This document shows, one piece after another, positions 56,366-64,000 of a stretch of DNA of 64,000 nucleotides. The notes under the pieces are model-generated. The model did not search any database. It was not told the origin of the DNA and saw only the letters and a program-made list of their open reading frames with translations. Source of the DNA: Octopus vulgaris. Its lineage: Eukaryota. A program made the translations under genes and the position numbers. Location of the stretch: contig OX597814.1 in NCBI GenBank assembly GCA_951406725.2, forward strand, positions 47,492,001-47,556,000. Reading direction: 5' to 3'. Each line of letters starts with the position of its first letter. The stretch's first letter is position 1.

Positions 56366-56560
56366 ATTCTTTTATTCTTTTACTTGTTTCTGTCATTCGA
56401 CTGCGGCCATACTGGAGCACCGTCTTTAGTTGAACAAATGGATCCCAGTACTTATTTTTTGTAAGCTTAGTACTTATTCTTTGTAAGCTTAGTACTTATT
56501 CCATTAGGCTCTTTTGACGAACCGCTAAGTTGCGGGTGCGTAAACACACCAATATCGGTG
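56366..56560 (-). mobile_element. Family-B SINE 3' fragment
   Basis: CTTTTACTTGTTTC..GACTGCGGCCATACTGGAGCACC. Confidence 0.8.
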
Positions 56561-56924
56561 GCTAACGAGAGCGTCAGTTGCATTCCGGCTTTGTAGGACC
56601 TTGCCAACGACCTGTGCTCACAGTTAGCCAAGTTCCTAGACGAAATGTGTCGCTTCCGATATAGGAAACAATGAATAATACACTCACTGGTGTTGCGAAT
56701 AGCCGCCGGGCTGATTAAATAATCTGGTGCACGCATTTCCTCTGTTGGAATTAGGGCATCAGTGACGCCTGCTATTAGTTTCAGTGAGAAGGTAGCAGAA
56801 GGAACGACTCATACCACCAACAACCTTATTAGAGAACAGTACACATTCTCCCCTACGTTGTTCTAATACGACGACCACTCAGAGTGCATGAGAACCGCAA
56901 CAAGTAGCGAGTACATTAGAGAAA

Positions 56925-57410
56925 CAACAATCACCATCACCACTACCACCACCACCACCACCACCACCACCACCACCACCACAACAACAACAACAACAAC
57001 AACTACTACTACAACAACAACAACGACAACAACAACAACAGCAGCAGCTGCATAGTAACTGCAATGGTTAAGGTTTTTAACAAACAGAACACCAAAAACA
57101 ATTGCACCAACAATAAAAACTACAACAACAGCAGTAGCAGCAGCAATACTAAACAATAATAGCGACAGCAGCAACAGAAATAGCGACAGCTGCAATAACA
57201 ACAGCTTCAGCAACAACGAAATCAGTAGTAACAACAACATTAGTAGTGGCAGCAGCAGCAACAACAACGACAATGGAACCGGCAACAACGGAAACAACAG
57301 CAACAGTAGTAGTAACAAGAACACCAGCAGCAACGGCAACAGCAGTAATTGTATCAGTAGCAACAACAGCATTAACAGTAGCAACAGCAGTAACAAAAAG
57401 GACAATGACG
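56925..57410. repeat. Degenerate (CAC/CAA/CAG)n low-complexity tract
   Basis: Direct reading; source of the poly-L/V ORF. Confidence 0.9.
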
Positions 57411-57419
57411 ACAAATTAA

Positions 57420-60100
57420 GTGGTTGGGGTCGGTAATATTTTGCTGCCATGGCGGTAAAGTCAGCAAAATACTTCTCATTCTCCCTAAACAACAAGGAAA
57501 CACGCCTGAAATAGGCAACACAACCAGTGACAGTGAACGGGAACCAGCCGAAGTTTCGGCAGCCTGGAAAACAGTGCTATATCACAGTGTCCGGAAAGCC
57601 CCGACACTCAGAAGTAGCAACTCACACCCACATTTAAAGAGCTCTTAAAGTTATATGGACAGATATAGAGCATGTGATCAGGTGAAGGTAGCTCGGGAGA
57701 GTTGCGGGTCTTTTACCTAATCGAAGACCTTGTACTGAGGTACACCATAGTTCCCATATACGATAAACACACTTTATCCAACATATTTAAGAAAGAGTCC
57801 CACCAAGTTCAGATAGAGCGAGTCCCACCAAGTTCAGATATATGGTGGATGTTGCGTGTGTTGTCTTAGAAGGCAGCAATACCCTCTTCGACGTAAAATG
57901 AACCGAGAGGGAGAATTGATTTGAGACCACGTATCCTCCACCCGATCAAACCAGAGGAAGCGGAAAAGATTCCAAACATTATCAATTTGCTAAATGGAGT
58001 GAATATACGTGCCACAGTTGAAGGCCGAATGTCATTTACGTGGTTATGAAGTCCATGTAAAAGTTTTCTGCTCTCGTCAGGGGAGAAAAGGCAACAAAAT
58101 TTCATGACAGTATCACCAAAACCACACGTGCATGAAACAGACAAATTCACAACTCCACCAACAGCCACTTAAACAAAAAGAAAACACAGAAGAGCTACAC
58201 CAGCAGACAAACAAACATCGACTAAATACCCAACCCAAATTTCGTGTCGATAAGGAGACGAATGTCCTTCATCGCACAAAGGGGACATATCGAAACAAAG
58301 AGAACTGTTCAAGACCAGTACTTTCAAGGTGTGACAAAATTTGAAAATATTAAGACTGGACTTCGAAACGTACAAAGCAACTGGGGATAGTTTATGCAAT
58401 GACATTAGAAGTTCTACCGCAAGGGCCAGCAATATACTCCTAAAAAACTTCCCAAAGGAACCTAAAAATTTCATGATGACCAAATCACTCAGTCTTCGAG
58501 ACCACCAAATGAGTAAGTAACATTTTTCTAATTATCTTCCTTTTGTACCAACACGGCAGCTCTGAGGATGGGGTATATAAATTCATGTGGCCTGTGGTCA
58601 CCTTGTAAGCAGGTCACCTGCTCAATGATCTCAGATCACGAACGTTAGATGTAACAGCCATTACACTCGCCCTAATGTTTATCTTTGGCGAATTTGAGAT
58701 TTTCACATCTCTTACTTAGTCCTGATGGGGTGGATGGGATGGGATGGAAGTGCTGTTTCGGAAAGGCCTGAGTCTCTACATAGGTTGGTCTTTCAGGATC
58801 TGGACGATAAGTTGTGGTTCTCTCAGAGTCTATATGAGTAGAGTTGAAAAGGTTTAGTATGGATATAATAATAGAGAAGATTCAGCTAGAGAGACATCTC
58901 GTTAGGAACCTAGAAGGTATTGCGATAGATGGTCTTGCAGAGAGATTGACTTTTGATCAAGGTTGTGGTGTCAGAGCAAGGGCGCTTGCATTAAGGCATG
59001 AGAGAACGAAAACCATTTGATGGACCTGGACAGTGAATGCGGAACATTGCAACAAATCCACAATTTAGTTTTTGAGGGATCATGATGGATGCATGTTGAT
59101 CAAATCCAAGCAAACGCTTGCCAAATGTGCTTTTCAGCAGCTCATCTCTTTGACAGAGATGCTACCCTGGATGAAGCGTTGATCGAAACAAGGTAAAACT
59201 CTATAGGCATGGTAGCATCTACTCGAGATGTGCGCAGAGCAACTAAACTGTCCTGCACAAGTTCGTACAATGCCTGAGTATTGCTGAATTGTAGAGTTGT
59301 GTTGAACAGCTGTGGTCGCATGTAGGACGGATCCGGCTATCGGCCGACTTCATCGTAAAGGTCACCCACCTGCCTTTGTTTGGCCGGGAAGGACAAGCAG
59401 TTTTCCTCCGCCTGGTGGCTATGGCAAAGGAGATTGTGTGATGGATGAAACTCAAAAGACTGATGACAGACTCTTCTTCGGTCAAGCCATTTTTTTCCAA
59501 GTTACAATTGCGACATGACGGCAAGGATGAGGGTGAGGGGTTACCCCTCCCATCGAGTAAATTTGTTGGAAAATGAGTGAATGTGATGAGGGTGACCCGA
59601 GTGAGTAGGCACACTCTAAACTGGTACCTGTAGGATGGCGAAACGGATAAAAGAGGGTAGCAGTGCTATCAAAGAACGCTGCCAGTTCGAGATAAACTCT
59701 ACAAGTACGGAAGCGCTGCCACACAGGACTGTCTGAGATGCAACGAAACCGTTCTGCATTTACTCGTGTAGTGTCCGAGTACTACTGACTTGTCGAGTTA
59801 TGCCGAACAGTTGTTATCGCGTGTCGACTGAATCCACCATGAGGATCACCCCACCACCCGCCTTTAACCAGGCTAGGCAGCCGGCGTTCATGTCTAGTGG
59901 CGATGGTGAAAGAGGTTGTATGGTGGACGAGGTTGAAAGAATTAAGGAAAGGCATCTTCGGTTAAACCCTCATCGACTTTTTAAAGTTCCACTTGGAAAG
60001 GACAGTGAGGGTGGCGAGGGAAGTGCTACTCCCCAGTAAAGTTGTGAAAAGATGAGTGACTGTGACAGAAATCGTTAGAGTGAATGGCCCTCCTCTAATT
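57420..60100 (+). mobile_element. Heavily deleted L1/Tx1-clade LINE remnants
   Basis: APE-endonuclease-like start LRMGYINSCGL...HLLNDLRS..LDV at about 58560; ORF2 C-terminal REGQAVFLRLVAMAKEIV present at about 59390 and as a diverged copy at about 59880. Confidence 0.6.
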
Positions 60101-60550
60101 ATGCGCTTGAACATTGGGGAGCAACGGATGAGAGAGGGCTCGTGCCTTTGGTGATCAGGGTAATTTTGGATCTGTAGGCTTCCTTGATTGGTCCTAGCTG
60201 GAGTTTCTCCTGCATCAGGAGGACTGCATCATTCATGTTATCAAATACTTTGTATACTATGTATACACCGCAAATAATTGTTGTTGACAAAGATCCGGAA
60301 ATATTGTATTCACCTCAATAGACGTTATTGATTGGTTGAAATTGCCGAAATGCAAGAAATTAAACAACAAATAGCTTACAAACTACAGAATTTTCTCAAG
60401 AAAGCCAAGAGAAAAAAATGTTTTATAAACACATTCTACCAGTATACGAAGTTTAAAAGTGTTTAATTACAAAGAAATTATTTTAAAAATCTGCCGGTCA
60501 GAGCGAAAAGATCCTCAAGGCATTTTATTGTTATTATTATTATGATTATG

Positions 60551-60644
<94 letters not shown>

Positions 60645-60999
60645 CGGTTGTGGTGGTGGTGGCGGCTGCGGCTGCGGCGGCGGTGGCGGTGGTGGCGGCA
60701 GTAGTAATAGTAGTAGTAATTGTTGTTATGGTCGTATCAGCAGCAGCGGCAACAGTAGTAATAATAACAGAAGACATCGATGGCTCTTTTCCCCATCCTA
60801 GACTCTCTTACATCTTTCACGCTCACATACCCTGTGTCCTTATGTTTAATGAAGCGCACATCCTTGAAAATAAGAGGCTATTACAAAGTTGCTGTCCGTT
60901 ACCGCCAGAGTGCGATCGAGTGCAGAGCGGTCATGATGTGTTTGAGAGGAGCGTTATAATGCAACTACACACAAGAGAGTAATGTCGGCTGCCTGTGAT

Positions 61000-63094
61000 A
61001 AAAGGTTTTAAGTATTATAAAAAGTGGAGACGGAGAAAGCTCGGAATAGGAGGATGAGAAGGCAAAATGAATGAAAAGAAAACGCAAGATAATAGTACGC
61101 CGAGAAAATCGGAAGAAGACGGGGTGAAAGTACGTAAAGTTTATGTATACACTGGGAAACAAACATCCTGACCTACATTATTGTCAGTGGACAAGTACAG
61201 TCTTGTATATCAAGATAGATATATTTTGCAAAAATGTTACAGGTGTTCGAAGTTTGGTAATTTTCAGAATTTTCAGCCCATCAGAAAATAGTGCGTTCGC
61301 TGCCTCTTCCATCATGGTGGGGTCATCGGCATGTCAAAACACTAAACTAGCTCGCGAGCAAATTAGATATTTAAAAGCTACGGAATTGCTAGAAATAACA
61401 GTCAAAACATTGAATTATACACGAGCAAAGTTAACATCTAAAACATTCGCCCAGGAAATATTAACCAGTCGATCATACTGCCAGTAAGCCTTACAAGGAG
61501 GATCTCATGAGCTCAAACGAACTCAAAATGGACGGAAATCTCCGATTAACTTTTTTCACATAAAAAACCCGATGATCAATAATTATAATGTCATTGCTTG
61601 AGTCTTCCTAAAAATACAAATTAAACTTGTTTAGTCTGTGAATGACAGAAGAACCTTTTGTAAGTGTAGTGCCTTGATGATCACTATTGATTTCCAAAAA
61701 ACGTGATCTAATGCAAGGAGAAGATGAAACCAGATAAGATAGTTGATGTTATCAAGATCATTTCAGTTCACCTATCTAATAAACATGGCAACCCAGAGGT
61801 CTTTAAGACTATCAATACTTAGCTCTTCCACAGTCTATGTAGGGTCATCTACCCACCTTCATTCCGTATATAAAATTGAAAATGCACCAAAATTTATGCT
61901 ACAAGATTTCTTCGGGTAACTCAGATTGACAGTGATCACAGACGTTGACTAGAAGACGAAGGCAAGAGAAGAACACTAAAAGTTTACAGAAAGAGCTTAT
62001 AGACAATATATAGCTAGTTCAAGAAAAGTTGTGCAAGCTTCTAAAAGCGTACATCAATGTTGAGTACTGCAGCCTGGCTTAAGAAATTATCTCTCTCACA
62101 AAGTGTATCCAGAAGCAATGTTGTTTCTCCTGGATTTTGGAATGAAGAGGTTAAGTGAACAAGAAACTTTTGTAGTAATTCTTGCTGTGATTCTATTTTG
62201 TTAGTGAAATATTTTGTAATATATGCAAAGATTTGTACATTACGACTACATGAGATAACCATGTACCCCCTCTCCTCTCGGTCATGGTCGGGTCGTCGAC
62301 GACTAAACCGGCTCCCCTCTTGGTTCAGCTTGCTAGATCTTGGAGGAAAGTGTGAGGACACTCATCAGAATTAAAAATCAGGTTTGTCCAAACAAGGGCA
62401 CAGGAGCGCTATCCTTATCCCTCACCACACTAAACTAAAACCCCAACGGTGGATCAAGCGGAGGAAGCCAGATCTCCGAACTCAACGAGTGATCCTAGCG
62501 GATGAGGGTGATGCTAGATAAACTAATAATATTGGAGCTAGTGGCATTCCGTTGCAGTCCATCTTCCAGACCTCGTATGTCATTCTAGGAACTGCCGCAG
62601 TTGAAGGATTTTGAGCCCTAGTGCGTGTGGATCCCCTTTGCAAGATCTCTACCCTAAACAAACTCACACACACTATTGGCTGGTTTCTTTTTGATCCAAC
62701 TCTTCCTACCCTCTCCTTTTTTTCTCTACAAGAAAGAGACTAGGCTGCCTCGTCAAATTTTATATGGTGAACTTTCCACTGGAGGAAGACTCCGTGGCTG
62801 TCCCCCTCCGTCGATGCAAAGCCTAAAACTGATTGGAATTCATCCCAGAGTCTGAGACACTGAAGCTCAGGACAGGTCAAGAAAGAAGTGGAGAAACGAT
62901 AAGAAAGAAAATGGAGGCTGCAACACTCAACGCCTCCACCACGGATCCCGTGCAAACTTTGCAATAGATGCTTCCATGCAGGAATCGGCCTTAATAGTCA
63001 TCTGAGGCATAAAAACGGACAGAGAGGAAGAAGCTGTCAAGAAGAAGCCAAATAAATTATCGGACACATGATAAAACGCCGCCGACGACGACGA

Positions 63095-63098
<4 letters not shown>
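61000..63098 (+). mobile_element. Decayed RTE (BovB-like) LINE with C-terminal C2H2 finger
   Basis: 3' end [23 protein letters not shown] preceded by AQDRS; (GAC)n tail; upstream part very degenerate and 5' boundary approximate. Confidence 0.6.
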
Positions 63099-63174
<76 letters not shown>

Positions 63175-63194
63175 GTATATATATATAATAGTTA

Positions 63195-63410
<216 letters not shown>

Positions 63411-63450
63411 ATGTGTGTGCGTATATATAGATATATACATACATATATAC

Positions 63451-63493
<43 letters not shown>

Positions 63494-64000
63494 CAAAATG
63501 AGAAAATGGAGAAACATACCTAAATCAATCATCAACCATCAGATAATACCCAATCAATACTTTATTAAACCATTACACAACAGCAATGATATTATACATT
63601 AATATAGTACAAATATAACAAGACATAGAAATAGAAATAGAAAATAGAAAATACATTTACAATATATATATACTTAAGAATTGGGTATGTTCCCACTAGT
63701 AAGCACGTTCACTGCCCGTGGCTACCCTGACGCAATCCACAGTATTTACACATAAGTCGCTGGCTCTACTTCAGGAATTCTTCAGTGTACGTTGAGAATA
63801 TAACAAATGTTAGAGCCGGAAAATGGAATATACGAGAAACTTTATTGCTCACAATGATCGTTTTGATCTATCCTGCGTCAATCCCTCACGGGTGGGATAT
63901 TGTACAACTGTTTCGCTTAATGCAGCATGTTTTAACAAAACATGCTGTATTAAAACCGAGCGAAACAGGATGTATTTAACGAGATACCCCTTATAACATC

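Overview
AT-rich eukaryotic intergenic or intronic DNA. It is saturated with microsatellites ((TA)n, (CA)n, (TACA)n, (TAA)n, (GAT)n) and decayed transposable elements. The SINE set and microsatellite load suggest a coleoid cephalopod (Octopus-like); this is an inference. No intact host gene is supported, and nearly all ORFs in the track are microsatellite translations or TE remnants. Recognisable elements: at least three tRNA-derived SINE families, RTE, CR1-group, Tx1/L1 and R4/Dong LINE remnants, a Penelope-like (PLE) reverse transcriptase, hAT transposase remnants and MITEs, tandem non-autonomous Helitrons, and a solo LTR with a 4-bp TSD. The most striking signal is a set of about eight unrelated short non-coding elements, mostly in or next to (TA)n and usually tandem and/or head-to-head inverted, each carrying a hammerhead-ribozyme (HHR) core. 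These resemble retrozymes or PLE pseudo-LTRs. They include a near-identical 362-bp tandem/inverted array with a U3-A8 covariant core (20233-21876) and a candidate hammerhead whose three strands lie in reversed, pseudoknotted order (33115-33187). All folds were read by eye; none has been computed or tested.
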